Source: Spirochaetia bacterium (GTDB lineage Bacteria > Spirochaetota > Spirochaetia > CADAEX01). From it: 64,000 nt of DNA. Within the stretch, counting starts at the first letter, position 1; the number at the start of each line of letters is the position of its first letter. Both the position numbers and the translations under genes were made by a program. Of this stretch, positions 1 to 8,650 are shown one piece after another. The DNA is taken from NCBI GenBank assembly GCA_045606105.1, contig JAZURI010000002.1, positions 266,823 through 330,822 on the forward strand. The letters are read 5' to 3'. The notes below the pieces were generated by a model that did not search any database, was not told the origin of the DNA, and saw only the letters and a program-made list of their open reading frames with translations.

Positions 1-1422
1 TTTTCTAAAGATATAAACCTCTCCGTTTTCATCTCCCCTGTTTTCCAGCCTGACGAGGTCGGAGACACGGTCTCTGTAGCCGTATATACCACCCCAGACT
101 GCTATTACACCCCGATCATCGCATATAAGCGGAATACGGCTGCGTAATTCTGCAGGGACCTTCCATTCGGAAAATATTTTTTTCAGTTTCTTTCTGCAGC
201 CGGAGGAGACAATTGAATCTCCGTCACGCCGGGACCTGACTGTCAGATCACCCTTCACACACTCTGCAGGAATCCAGATATCTTCCTTATTACATAAAGA
301 TAACAAAGATTTTTCAACAGAAAAACCCCTATTTACTTCTAATTTGAAAAAATTGTCAGTTTTTTCATTTATTTTTATAAAAAAGTCTGTTTTCTCCCTG
401 TTTTCAACATCTTTTTTCCATACAAGAAGATTTCCGGCCCTTTTTATGACAAATCCGTAGCCTCTGAGAAGCACGCCGTTGTTCTCCGGTACTCTTCCGG
501 AAAGGGCGGTCCTGACAAAACGGTAAGGAAGCTCTCCTCCCCTCCCTTTTGCAAATATGTCGTAGCAGCTGTATATGGACTGCACCCTGAGTGCATCAGG
601 CGCCGACATGAAGCTCTCCAAAGAGGTAACAAAGCTGTTTTCATCCGGGGAGGTACGTTCCCAGCGTACCCTTTCATTGGCAGCGGCCTTGATAAAGTCA
701 TCGGCACAGGATACCTTTTCTCCGAACTCGGTTACAGCCTTTGCATAGCTTGGAAAAATCTCCTCTATCTGAGGAATAAGGATATTCCTGACCCTGTTCC
801 TGAGATAGTCGGTTCCGTAATTGGTCTTGTCTATGGAAAACGGAATATTGTTTTCAGACAGGAACTGAAGGATTGTTTTTTTGGGACAGCCTGAAAGAGG
901 TCTGATGATGTGCCCCCTGACTGAGGGAATTCCTCTCAGGCCTGAAAGACCGGAGCCCTTGAAGAACCGCATGACAATGGTCTCCACCGTATCATCAAGA
1001 TTGTGGGCAAGTGCCAGGTAACGGCAGCCGGTTTTCTCAAGAAGCGAATGGAAAAAGCCGTATCTGGCCTTTCTGGCAGCACATTCCACCCCCAGGGAAA
1101 CAGAATCCCGTTCTATTTCTCCAGCATCCTCGCCGATATGAAGCTCCAGATTCTTTTCTGCGGCAAGGGTACTGATAAATGCCATTTCCTCTGCCAGCTC
1201 CTCTGCGGGGCGTATCCTGTGATTGAAATAAGCAAGAACAATATCGATGTTGAGATTTTCCGAAAGCTTATCCAGAACTGTCATGAGACACACCGAGTCG
1301 GGTCCGCCGGAAAAACCGATAAGGATACGGATTCTCTCCTTCTCCTTTCCGAAACCGGGAAGCCGGCTGAAATATTCAGTTACACTGTCTCTGAGAAACG
1401 TTCCTGATTGAATTGACCTCAT
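1..1422 (-). CDS. tilS: tRNA(Ile)-lysidine synthetase (3' end runs off the window)
   Basis: Not in the ORF track because it has no stop in the window. Manual translation from ATG at 1422 gives ILIGFSGGPDSVCL (PP-loop), LALAHNLDDTVET, GSGLSGLRGI, IIRPL and YLRNRVR. Lies downstream of pth. Confidence 0.93.
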   Translation of the reverse strand, partial: MRSIQSGTFLRDSVTEYFSRLPGFGKEKERIRILIGFSGGPDSVCLMTVLDKLSENLNIDIVLAYFNHRIRPAEELAEEMAFISTLAAEKNLELHIGEDAGEIERDSVSLGVECAARKARYGFFHSLLEKTGCRYLALAHNLDDTVETIVMRFFKGSGLSGLRGIPSVRGHIIRPLSGCPKKTILQFLSENNIPFSIDKTNYGTDYLRNRVRNILIPQIEEIFPSYAKAVTEFGEKVSCADDFIKAAANERVRWERTSPDENSFVTSLESFMSAPDALRVQSIYSCYDIFAKGRGGELPYRFVRTALSGRVPENNGVLLRGYGFVIKRAGNLLVWKKDVENREKTDFFIKINEKTDNFFKLEVNRGFSVEKSLLSLCNKEDIWIPAECVKGDLTVRSRRDGDSIVSSGCRKKLKKIFSEWKVPAELRSRIPLICDDRGVIAVWGGIYGYRDRVSDLVRLENRGDENGEVYIFRK

Positions 1423-1966
1423 TTGTTACCTGTTCCACTGTCCTGTTCTTCAGTGAAATAATGCTGTCACCGGCAATCTTTACTGCCTTTTCCAGACTTT
1501 CCGTATCTGTCTTGTCAGGGCGGCCCAGCACATAATATGAAACCTCTCCCGAATGGGCCGGTCTTCCGATACCCACATAGAAGCGGACAAAGTCATTGGT
1601 CGGAGCATGCCTGATTATTGATTTGAGTCCGTTGTGGCCTGCATCTCCGCCGCCACGTTTTATACGAAGTACCCCGGGATAAAGATCCATGTTATCACAG
1701 ACAACAATGATATCCTTTACGCTGCAGTCAGCCACCTTCAGAATATCCCGGATTATTTCTCCGGAATTATTCATATAAGTAAGGGGTTTGACAAGAAAAA
1801 ATTCCTTTCCCTGAAAAACCCCTTTACCATATATGTATTTTTTAAAAAATTTCTTCTGAAGTTCTATCCCTGTCTTTTCCGAAAGATAATCTATCACCAT
1901 GTAGCCACAATTGTGTCTTGTGCCGGTGTATTCATCTCCGGGGTTGCCAAGTCCCAGAACAACCAT
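1376..1966 (-). CDS. pth: peptidyl-tRNA hydrolase
   Basis: Motifs GLGNPG..Y..TRHN.G, KPLTYMNNSG and GGDAGHNGLKSI. Confidence 0.97.
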   Translation of the reverse strand: MVVLGLGNPGDEYTGTRHNCGYMVIDYLSEKTGIELQKKFFKKYIYGKGVFQGKEFFLVKPLTYMNNSGEIIRDILKVADCSVKDIIVVCDNMDLYPGVLRIKRGGGDAGHNGLKSIIRHAPTNDFVRFYVGIGRPAHSGEVSYYVLGRPDKTDTESLEKAVKIAGDSIISLKNRTVEQVTNEVNSIRNVSQRQCN

Positions 1967-1974
1967 AATTTATC

Positions 1975-2544
1975 TTACTGAGCAGCCTTCATTCCCTTAG
2001 GATAAGCAACATGAGCGATGATGCTTTCCGGATCGATAAGGAACTTAACACCTTCTACAGCAGGAATATCGCCTGCCTTTGCAGCCTGACCCAGTCCGAG
2101 AGAATCGATGTTGATGAAGATTTTCTCAGGAAGATCTTTTGGAAGACATTCGATTTCAACAATCTTTACAGTCTGAACAAGCTTTCCGCCGGCCTTGACA
2201 CCTGCAGGTGCACCGTCGAGACAGAGTGGAACTCTTGCCTTGATAATCTTGTCCTTAGCAAGCTCGAGGAAGTCGATATGCTGGATTTTTCCTGAAAGGA
2301 TATCGTCCTGATAATCCTTGATGATAACGTCACACAGCTCTTTTCCGTCCTGGAGAAGAGTGATAACGATGTTTTCGGATGCTTTATGGAATTTTCTTTC
2401 AAATTCCCTATTTTCTACAGCAATACAGAGCTGTTCTTTTCCGCCGTATACAACTGCAGGAATCATTCCTTCCTGTCTGAGCTTTGCACAAGGTCTCTTT
2501 TTAAGTTCTGTACGCATAACAATATTCAGAGTGTTGTCTGCCAT
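1975..2544 (-). CDS. rplY: 50S ribosomal protein L25/Ctc
   Basis: LRQEGMIPAVVYG, IQHIDF, GVKAGG and ECLPKDLPEKI; SD AGGAG upstream. Confidence 0.95.
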   Translation of the reverse strand: MADNTLNIVMRTELKKRPCAKLRQEGMIPAVVYGGKEQLCIAVENREFERKFHKASENIVITLLQDGKELCDVIIKDYQDDILSGKIQHIDFLELAKDKIIKARVPLCLDGAPAGVKAGGKLVQTVKIVEIECLPKDLPEKIFINIDSLGLGQAAKAGDIPAVEGVKFLIDPESIIAHVAYPKGMKAAQ

Positions 2545-2573
2545 GTCTATCTCCTATACCCAAAAATACATTA

Positions 2574-2645
2574 CTGGGATGGCAGGATTCGAACCTGCGA
2601 ATGACGGAACCAAAACCCGTTGGCTTACCACTTGCCGACATCCCA
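2574..2645 (-). tRNA. tRNA-Gln(TTG), CCA not encoded
   Basis: Reverse complement TGGGATGTCGGCAAGTGGTAAGCCAACGGGTTTTGGTTCCGTCATTCGCAGGTTCGAATCCTGCCATCCCAG folds as a cloverleaf with anticodon loop TT-TTG-GT and T-loop GTTCGAATC. Confidence 0.95.
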
Positions 2646-2786
2646 TCCACCCCAAGTACTATATATTAATTAAACAATTAATTCTATATATCGCGTTGTA
2701 TTTTATAAATTTTTTCACATAATATCAACATGTAAGGAGACATTTTGTAAAAAAATATAATAAGGTTTTTACCTGTTTACGGACCC

Positions 2787-3041
2787 TTATTCTTCCTTGT
2801 CGTAGGCTTCAAGAATCAGATCCTGCATTTCTGCACGGAATTCAGGTGAAATAGGATGGGCAACATCCCGGTACTCACCGGTCTGGGTCTTTCTGCTAGG
2901 CATGGCAATAAAAGCACCGTCCTTTCCGTCGATAATCTTAAGATTGTGCACTACAAAGCAATCATCGAAGGTCACGTTTACATACGCCTTAAGTTTACCC
3001 TCAGCTGTTGTCTTGCGGATTTTGATGTCAGTAATTTTCAT
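2787..3041 (-). CDS. spoVG: septation regulator SpoVG (nucleic-acid-binding protein)
   Basis: MKITDIKIRK...LKAYVNVTFDDCFVVHNLKIIDG..G.FIAMPSRK...YRDVAHPI; start placed at 3041 behind SD GGGGA. Confidence 0.96.
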   Translation of the reverse strand: MKITDIKIRKTTAEGKLKAYVNVTFDDCFVVHNLKIIDGKDGAFIAMPSRKTQTGEYRDVAHPISPEFRAEMQDLILEAYDKEE

Positions 3042-3155
3042 AATACAATCCCCCATTTTTGTATTCCTGACTATAATCCTATCAACACCTTACATAAAAG
3101 TAAATAAAAAAATTTAAAATCACAAAGAAAACTGATTTTTTTTGATAATTTTTTA

Positions 3156-3184
3156 TTGACATGTTTTTTTCATAGTTTTAGATT
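3156..3184 (+). promoter_or_regulatory. sigma70-type promoter for the small acidic ORF
   Basis: TTGACA (3156-3161), 17-nt spacer, TAGATT (3179-3184). Confidence 0.6.
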
Positions 3185-3203
3185 ATGCTCTATGGAGAAA
3201 AAT

Positions 3204-3446
3204 ATGGCAGAAACTCAAGGGGATAACAATCTGTCTGAAGAGAATATCGAAAATGCTCTTCTGGACAATATTGACAATGAACCGGATTTTATTTCATCCG
3301 AAGATGCAGAGAATGATTTCGCCCATCTTGAGGATGATTTCGGGATTCTTGATGATGATGCGACCTACCAGGTTGAATCGGAGCAGACAACAGACTTTTC
3401 CGAGCTGGAAGAGAGTACTGAATTTTCATTTGAAGACGGCGAGTGA
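3204..3446 (+). CDS. 80-aa hyper-acidic hypothetical protein
   Basis: SD GGAGA about 5 nt before ATG 3204, with an upstream promoter; fills the spoVG-rsfS gap; about 29 D/E and no K/R. Confidence 0.7.
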   Translation: MAETQGDNNLSEENIENALLDNIDNEPDFISSEDAENDFAHLEDDFGILDDDATYQVESEQTTDFSELEESTEFSFEDGE

Positions 3447-3458
3447 TGCCGTCTTTTT

Positions 3459-3821
3459 TTATTTGTACTCCACCTTACGGCCGCTGAACCAGAGCTTTTC
3501 AAGATTGTAGAATTCCCTGGCCTCCTCATTCATGAGGTGAACAACGATATTGCCGCAGTCCAGGAGAACCCACTTCTCGTCATCTGTCTTCTTGTGTCTC
3601 CACTGAAGGACAAGTCCCTCCTCCTCGATGATGTCGTAAAGCTGGCTGAGAAGTCCCCTGAGATGTCCGGAGCTGGTAACCGTGGTGATGATGAAGTAAT
3701 CGGTCCATCCGCTGATTTCCGAAACATCCAGCGCCACTGTATTCTGTCCGTTATGCTCGTCAATGAAGCAGGCAAGTTTCTTTACAATATTTTCACTCTC
3801 TTTACTTACAAATTCCGCCAT
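3459..3821 (-). CDS. rsfS: ribosome silencing factor RsfS (Iojap)
   Basis: TDYFIITT, WVLLDCGNIVVHLM...REFYNLEKLW. Confidence 0.96.
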   Translation of the reverse strand: MAEFVSKESENIVKKLACFIDEHNGQNTVALDVSEISGWTDYFIITTVTSSGHLRGLLSQLYDIIEEEGLVLQWRHKKTDDEKWVLLDCGNIVVHLMNEEAREFYNLEKLWFSGRKVEYK

Positions 3822-4986
3822 TAAAATCCTTCCCTAAAATTAATATTATGTCCTTTTCCTTGAGAATCAACTCCTCTGCTGCAATTTCACGGGGATTGTC
3901 CTCTACATATACTATATTTCTGCATTGTATGATACTTGCCACTTTCTGTACAGAGGCAAGATTGTTACGGTGTCCGATGATACAGGTCCTGCCGTAGTCA
4001 TTCTTCATGGCATTCTTTACCGATTTCACATTATAGCCCAGGTTCCTGTAGGTTGCCGAGGTTCTTGCAGCCAGCCCTCCCACCGTGGTTCCGTTGAGAA
4101 TTTCAAGGGAATCGGAGGCATCTGCTTCATCAAAGATTCCTATATCTGCCAGGGATTTTCTGGTCTGCCCCAGCCATTGTCTCATGATATTGCCGTTGTA
4201 GTAAGGGAACAGAATCACCTTTCCCTCAATTATCTTCCTGTCTCCCCGCACATGGTGAAAAATCATCCTGTCGTTGTCAGCCTTGCCCATTTCAAAAATA
4301 AATGAAGCCAGGGAACCGCTGTTCATGTTTGTGTCCATGTTTTCCCTGAGAACCGGCAGAACAGTTTTGCTGCAGAGATAGGCCTCGTTATGTCCGAGCC
4401 CCTGTATGAAGCTTCTGATAAGCTTGTATCCGGCTTCCGCCATTTCCTCCGAAGAGGTATTCCTGAGAGACTGCTCCATATATTCAATAACCTTGTCTCC
4501 GTCCAGGACCGCTCTGCCCTCAGGCAGATAAGGATAATCGGATTTCTCCAGCGTCATCTCCAGTCCGCCCATGAGATCGGCACAGGCAGCCAGCTCCCGC
4601 ATGTCAAAATCGAAATAGAACGGAATATCCAGGTTGGTTTCTACCTCTATTTTCCTGATGAACTGTTCCGGCCTGTCCTTCCTGTAAAGGACATCTATTC
4701 TGTCCATCCTGTTTATGGAATCAATGATGGAGCCGTAATTCACCGGAATATCCAATACCGCAGATTTTCCTGTCTTCGGATTAAAAATGAAGAGGTCGGA
4801 AAAAAGGAGCTCCTTGTTATGGGTCAGGTTTATAAGGCAGACTATTTCCTCTTCGGCATTCACCCTCTTGGTCACATCATCAACCTTCAGAAGCATGACA
4901 AGCTTTATACCGGTGAAAAGTATCACTGATATTATGGCAAAGAGACAGATACTGCTTTTATTGAGAAATCCGGATTTATTCCTCAT
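3802..4986 (-). CDS. LCP (LytR-CpsA-Psr)-like protein with C-terminal LytR_C domain, degenerate active site
   Basis: N-terminal TM, DLMGGLE, LDGDKVIEY and LytR_C signature LEILNGTTVGGLAART...LGY...NA..DY..T...LILGKDF; usual position between yqeK and rsfS. Confidence 0.8.
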   Translation of the reverse strand: MRNKSGFLNKSSICLFAIISVILFTGIKLVMLLKVDDVTKRVNAEEEIVCLINLTHNKELLFSDLFIFNPKTGKSAVLDIPVNYGSIIDSINRMDRIDVLYRKDRPEQFIRKIEVETNLDIPFYFDFDMRELAACADLMGGLEMTLEKSDYPYLPEGRAVLDGDKVIEYMEQSLRNTSSEEMAEAGYKLIRSFIQGLGHNEAYLCSKTVLPVLRENMDTNMNSGSLASFIFEMGKADNDRMIFHHVRGDRKIIEGKVILFPYYNGNIMRQWLGQTRKSLADIGIFDEADASDSLEILNGTTVGGLAARTSATYRNLGYNVKSVKNAMKNDYGRTCIIGHRNNLASVQKVASIIQCRNIVYVEDNPREIAAEELILKEKDIILILGKDFNGGICK

Positions 4987-5566
4987 TATCCAGTTCCCTG
5001 AGAAGATCAAATGCCTCAGGAGCTATGATCTTTCCCTGCTTTTCAAGATGTCCGATGGTTCCGAGAAGAACTATCCTGACCATTTTATCCAGGGACTGCT
5101 TTTCAAGCTTTTTGAGAAAGGCCGGGGTTATATGCTTCCGTTTCGGTTCTATATAGTCTGCCACGAAAAGAATCTTTCCCAGCTGGCTCATGTTACGGTC
5201 TCCGGTAGTATGGGTCCTGACTGCATCCAGCAGCTCCGTATCACCGATACCGAACTTTTCCTCAAGTACGGCTGCCCCTGCCCTGCCGTGAAGCAGCAGC
5301 GGAAATTTCCTGTAGACCTCTGAAATGGGTTTTCCGTCCCTGGCTGCATATTCAAGCTGAAGGGCTTCAGGATACTCCCTGGCTATATCATGTACCAGAC
5401 CGGCAAAGAAAGCCTTGTCCTGATCGAAGGAGAACATCCTGGCAAGAATCCTGCAGGTGTTGGCTGTGGAAAGGGAATGCTCATACCGTCCCTGGGAAAG
5501 GTTCTCCCTGAGATAGCTGTCAATTTCCGATATAAAATCCTTATCTGTAAAACTGATATTCTTCAA
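4976..5566 (-). CDS. yqeK: HD-domain bis(5'-nucleosyl)-tetraphosphatase YqeK
   Basis: RYEHSLS, AGLVHDIARE, LLHGRAGA, HTTG and LFVADYIEP.R. Confidence 0.93.
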   Translation of the reverse strand: MKNISFTDKDFISEIDSYLRENLSQGRYEHSLSTANTCRILARMFSFDQDKAFFAGLVHDIAREYPEALQLEYAARDGKPISEVYRKFPLLLHGRAGAAVLEEKFGIGDTELLDAVRTHTTGDRNMSQLGKILFVADYIEPKRKHITPAFLKKLEKQSLDKMVRIVLLGTIGHLEKQGKIIAPEAFDLLRELDNEE

Positions 5567-6110
5567 TCAGCATCCTCACTTTTTCCGGAACCATACTGTC
5601 GATGGGAAGTCCCTTTCTTACCCTGTCCCTGATTTCGGTGGAGGAGAGGGTATATCTCCTGTTCATGATATAACGGTCCGGGTAAACGGATTCGTATTTC
5701 TCCTCCATATCCCGCCTGACAACAATCAGCTCCACCAGTTCCTTCAGCTTATCAGGCTCCCGCCATGTGTTGAAGGAAGGAAGAAGATCGTCTCCAATAA
5801 TAAACCCCGGTTTACCGGTTATGTCATATTTGTCAATAATATATCTTACTGTATCAATGCTGTAGGTTACCCCGCCACGCCTGATATCGCAGTCCTCCAC
5901 TATGCAGTGGGGAATATCCTCGGCAGCAGCCTTCAGCATCATGAGCCTGTCCTCCGGAGTAAGCCGGGTAAGGTTCTCCTTGTGGGATGCTATGTTGGCA
6001 GGGACAAGAATAGCCCTTTCATATCCCAGTTCCCTGAAAACCTCCCTGACTATGTAGAGGTGTCCGAAATGTACGGGATTGAAGCTGCCGCCGAATATAA
6101 AGGTTTTCAT
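5541..6110 (-). CDS. nadD: nicotinate-nucleotide adenylyltransferase
   Basis: FGGSFNPVHFGHL, TYSIDT, IIGDD...W and LSSTEIR. Confidence 0.96.
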   Translation of the reverse strand: MKTFIFGGSFNPVHFGHLYIVREVFRELGYERAILVPANIASHKENLTRLTPEDRLMMLKAAAEDIPHCIVEDCDIRRGGVTYSIDTVRYIIDKYDITGKPGFIIGDDLLPSFNTWREPDKLKELVELIVVRRDMEEKYESVYPDRYIMNRRYTLSSTEIRDRVRKGLPIDSMVPEKVRMLIEEYQFYR

Positions 6111-6113
6111 TTA

Positions 6114-7100
6114 TTATTCCTGAAGCACCAGTCCTGAAAAAAGGCTTCTGATATTTTCCATTCCCTCTCCCGAGAATACGGAGATACCGTGGATTTCCTC
6201 CTGAGGATATTTTTCCCTGAGTGCGGCAAGAGCTTCAGCACTTCCCTCACTGTCCATCTTGGAGGCAAATATTATTCTTTTCCGCTCTGCAAGATCTTCC
6301 GAGAAGCTTCTGATCTCATTGAGGAGAATATCGAATGCATCTTCAAAATCGGGCTGTGAAACATCGATAAGGAAAACAAGACCTCTGGTTCTGGCAATAT
6401 GCTTCAGGAACCTGATTCCGAGGCCTGCCCCTTCCGAGGCTCCTTCTATGATACCCGGAATATCCGCAAGGACAATATCCTGGTCATCAACCTTGTAGAC
6501 ACCGAGATTAGGTATCTTTGTGGTAAACGGATAAGCCCCTACCTTGGGATTGGCATTGGTAAGGCGACCCAGCAGAGTGGACTTTCCCGCATTAGGAAAT
6601 CCTACAAAGCCGATATCCGCTATTATGTTGATTTCAATTATGATTTTTCTGCTCTGTCCGGGAAGACCGGGCTGTGCGAAACGGGGAGTCTGCTGTCTGG
6701 AGGTGGCAAAATGCATGTTGCCCAGTCCGCCGCGGCCCCCTTTGAGAAATACCCAGTCAGATTCATCATCGGCAAAATCATGAAGCACTTCCTTGGTATC
6801 GAAATCCTTAACCACAGCGCCCGGCGGAAGAAGGATAACAGCGTCCTCTCCGTCCTTGCCGTGCTTCTTGCGCCCCTCTCCGGGACAGCCTGAACCGGCA
6901 TTGATAATCCGCTTGAATCTGAGATGAGATAATGTCTTTAGATTTTTCTTGATTTTAAATACAACATCACCGCCCTTTCCGCCGTCGCCGCCGTCCGGAC
7001 CTCCCTTGGGAATATATTTTTCCCGTCTCAGAGAAACACAACCGGCTCCGCCTTTACCGGAGCCGACTTCTAGTGATGTTTCGTCTACAAAACCACGCAC
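6114..7100 (-). CDS. obgE: GTPase ObgE/CgtA
   Basis: FVDE..., GGPDGGDGGKGG, GFPNAGKSTL, YPFTT and ADIPGIIEGA. Confidence 0.98.
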   Translation of the reverse strand: MRGFVDETSLEVGSGKGGAGCVSLRREKYIPKGGPDGGDGGKGGDVVFKIKKNLKTLSHLRFKRIINAGSGCPGEGRKKHGKDGEDAVILLPPGAVVKDFDTKEVLHDFADDESDWVFLKGGRGGLGNMHFATSRQQTPRFAQPGLPGQSRKIIIEINIIADIGFVGFPNAGKSTLLGRLTNANPKVGAYPFTTKIPNLGVYKVDDQDIVLADIPGIIEGASEGAGLGIRFLKHIARTRGLVFLIDVSQPDFEDAFDILLNEIRSFSEDLAERKRIIFASKMDSEGSAEALAALREKYPQEEIHGISVFSGEGMENIRSLFSGLVLQE

Positions 7101-7119
7101 AGTATTTTATATAAATAAA

Positions 7120-7371
7120 TTATTCAGTTACGATACTGATATATCTTCTACCCTGTCTTGTGTGGAATACAACTTTTCCTGTTTCTTTAGCGAAAACTGT
7201 ATGGTCCTTTCCGAGACCTGCATTCTCACCAGGATGGAATTCAGTTCCTTTCTGTCTTACAATGATTGATCCTGCAGAAACAAGTTCTCCGCCGAATCTT
7301 TTTACACCAAGTCTCTGAGCGTTTGAATCGCGTCCGTTCTTTGAGCTTCCGCCACCCTTCTTATGTGCCAT
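7120..7371 (-). CDS. rpmA: 50S ribosomal protein L27
   Basis: [24 protein letters not shown]. Confidence 0.99.
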   Translation of the reverse strand: MAHKKGGGSSKNGRDSNAQRLGVKRFGGELVSAGSIIVRQKGTEFHPGENAGLGKDHTVFAKETGKVVFHTRQGRRYISIVTE

Positions 7372-7377
7372 TTTATA

Positions 7378-7689
7378 TCACTCCTTTATTTCTGCAACTT
7401 TAACGATTGTATACTGAGCCCTGTGACCTCTGGTTCTCTTATAGTTTTTTCTTCTTTTGTATTTCATCACAATGACTTTTGTATCTTTGATCTGATTCTC
7501 TACAGTTCCGACAACCTTTGCACCTTCGATATATGGTGTTCCGATTTTCTGTGTTTCGTTGTCGCTGATAAGCATAACTGTGTCAAATTCGACAGATGAT
7601 CCGATTTCAGCATCGATTCTGTCCATTCTGAGAAGAGCTCCGGCTTCAGCCTTGTACTGTTTCCCTTTGATATCAATAAGTGCGTACAT
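7378..7689 (-). CDS. rplU: 50S ribosomal protein L21
   Basis: MYALIDIKGKQYK...KYKRRKNYKRTRGHR. Confidence 0.98.
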   Translation of the reverse strand: MYALIDIKGKQYKAEAGALLRMDRIDAEIGSSVEFDTVMLISDNETQKIGTPYIEGAKVVGTVENQIKDTKVIVMKYKRRKNYKRTRGHRAQYTIVKVAEIKE

Positions 7690-7722
7690 TTTCCCAACCT
7701 ATTAAATTAAAATTTGTTCTAC

Positions 7723-7752
7723 ATTTTATAATTAAAGTCTGAATAAGGTCAA
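7723..7752 (-). promoter_or_regulatory. sigma70-type promoter of the rplU-rpmA-obgE operon
   Basis: Minus strand TTGACC, 18-nt spacer, TAAAAT. Confidence 0.5.
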
Positions 7753-7757
7753 GTACC

Positions 7758-8603
7758 TTATTCAATAATAAAAGTCCTGCCGAGATGGAAAAAGATACTG
7801 TGCGAAAGATATCTTCTTACCGATTCAAAAAGGACTCTTCTTTCCACATCCTTACCCATTCTGGTAAACTCATCCACGGAGCATGTATCGGAAACCCTGA
7901 TCACATCCTGGAAGATGATAGGCCCCTGGTCAAGGTCTGCTGTGGCGAAATGACCTGTGGCACCGATGATCTTCACCCCTTTCTGCCATGCCTGATGATA
8001 AGGCTTTGCCCCCTTGAAGGCGGGAAGGAATCCGTGATGGATATTGATGACCTTGTTGGCCCAGCGCTCGCAGAAGCCTGCACTGAGAACCTGCATGTAA
8101 CGGGCCAGCACCACCATATCGATGTTGTAGTGGGCAAGTATGCTCTCCAGATCCTTTTCGTACTCCTCCTTTCCCTTGAACGGATCAACCTGGAAGAAAG
8201 GAATATGGAAAGAGGTGGCAATATGAGCCAGCTCCGAATGATTTGAAATGATTACGGGAATCTCGCAGTCCAGTTCTCCGTCCGCATGCTTGAGAAGCAG
8301 CTCGTAGAGACAGTGGCTGGTTTTTGATACCAGGACTGCTACCCTTTTTTTCTCGCTCCTGTCGTAGATGTTCCAGTTGAGGTTGAATCCGGTTCCCAGC
8401 TTGTCAAATTCATTCCTGAATTCCTCCTCGACAAAGCCCTCCTGAGCCACGAATACAACACGGCAGAAAAACATTCCCAGATCTGTAGCGGTATGCTGGG
8501 CAAGATTGAGAATATTGCCCCTGTTGGAGGCAATGCAGTTGGTAACAGCCGCAATAAGTCCGTTCTGGTCCTGACAGGTTACTGTAAGAATGTATGATTT
8601 CAT
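7758..8603 (-). CDS. purU: formyltetrahydrofolate deformylase
   Basis: N-terminal ACT domain (C.DQ.GLIAAVT), VSKTSHCL, LARYMQVLS, INIHHGFLPAFKGAKPYHQA and GVKIIGATGH; alternative start TTG 8621. Confidence 0.96.
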   Translation of the reverse strand: MKSYILTVTCQDQNGLIAAVTNCIASNRGNILNLAQHTATDLGMFFCRVVFVAQEGFVEEEFRNEFDKLGTGFNLNWNIYDRSEKKRVAVLVSKTSHCLYELLLKHADGELDCEIPVIISNHSELAHIATSFHIPFFQVDPFKGKEEYEKDLESILAHYNIDMVVLARYMQVLSAGFCERWANKVINIHHGFLPAFKGAKPYHQAWQKGVKIIGATGHFATADLDQGPIIFQDVIRVSDTCSVDEFTRMGKDVERRVLFESVRRYLSHSIFFHLGRTFIIE

Positions 8604-8650
8604 AGTCTCCTCAATATACAATAATCCTTAAAAAAAGAAAATAGTTTTAA

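Noticed and set aside
444-1407. Short ORFs 444-707(-) and 1003-1407(+)
   Set aside because: They lie within tilS, which the ORF track missed because it runs off the window edge
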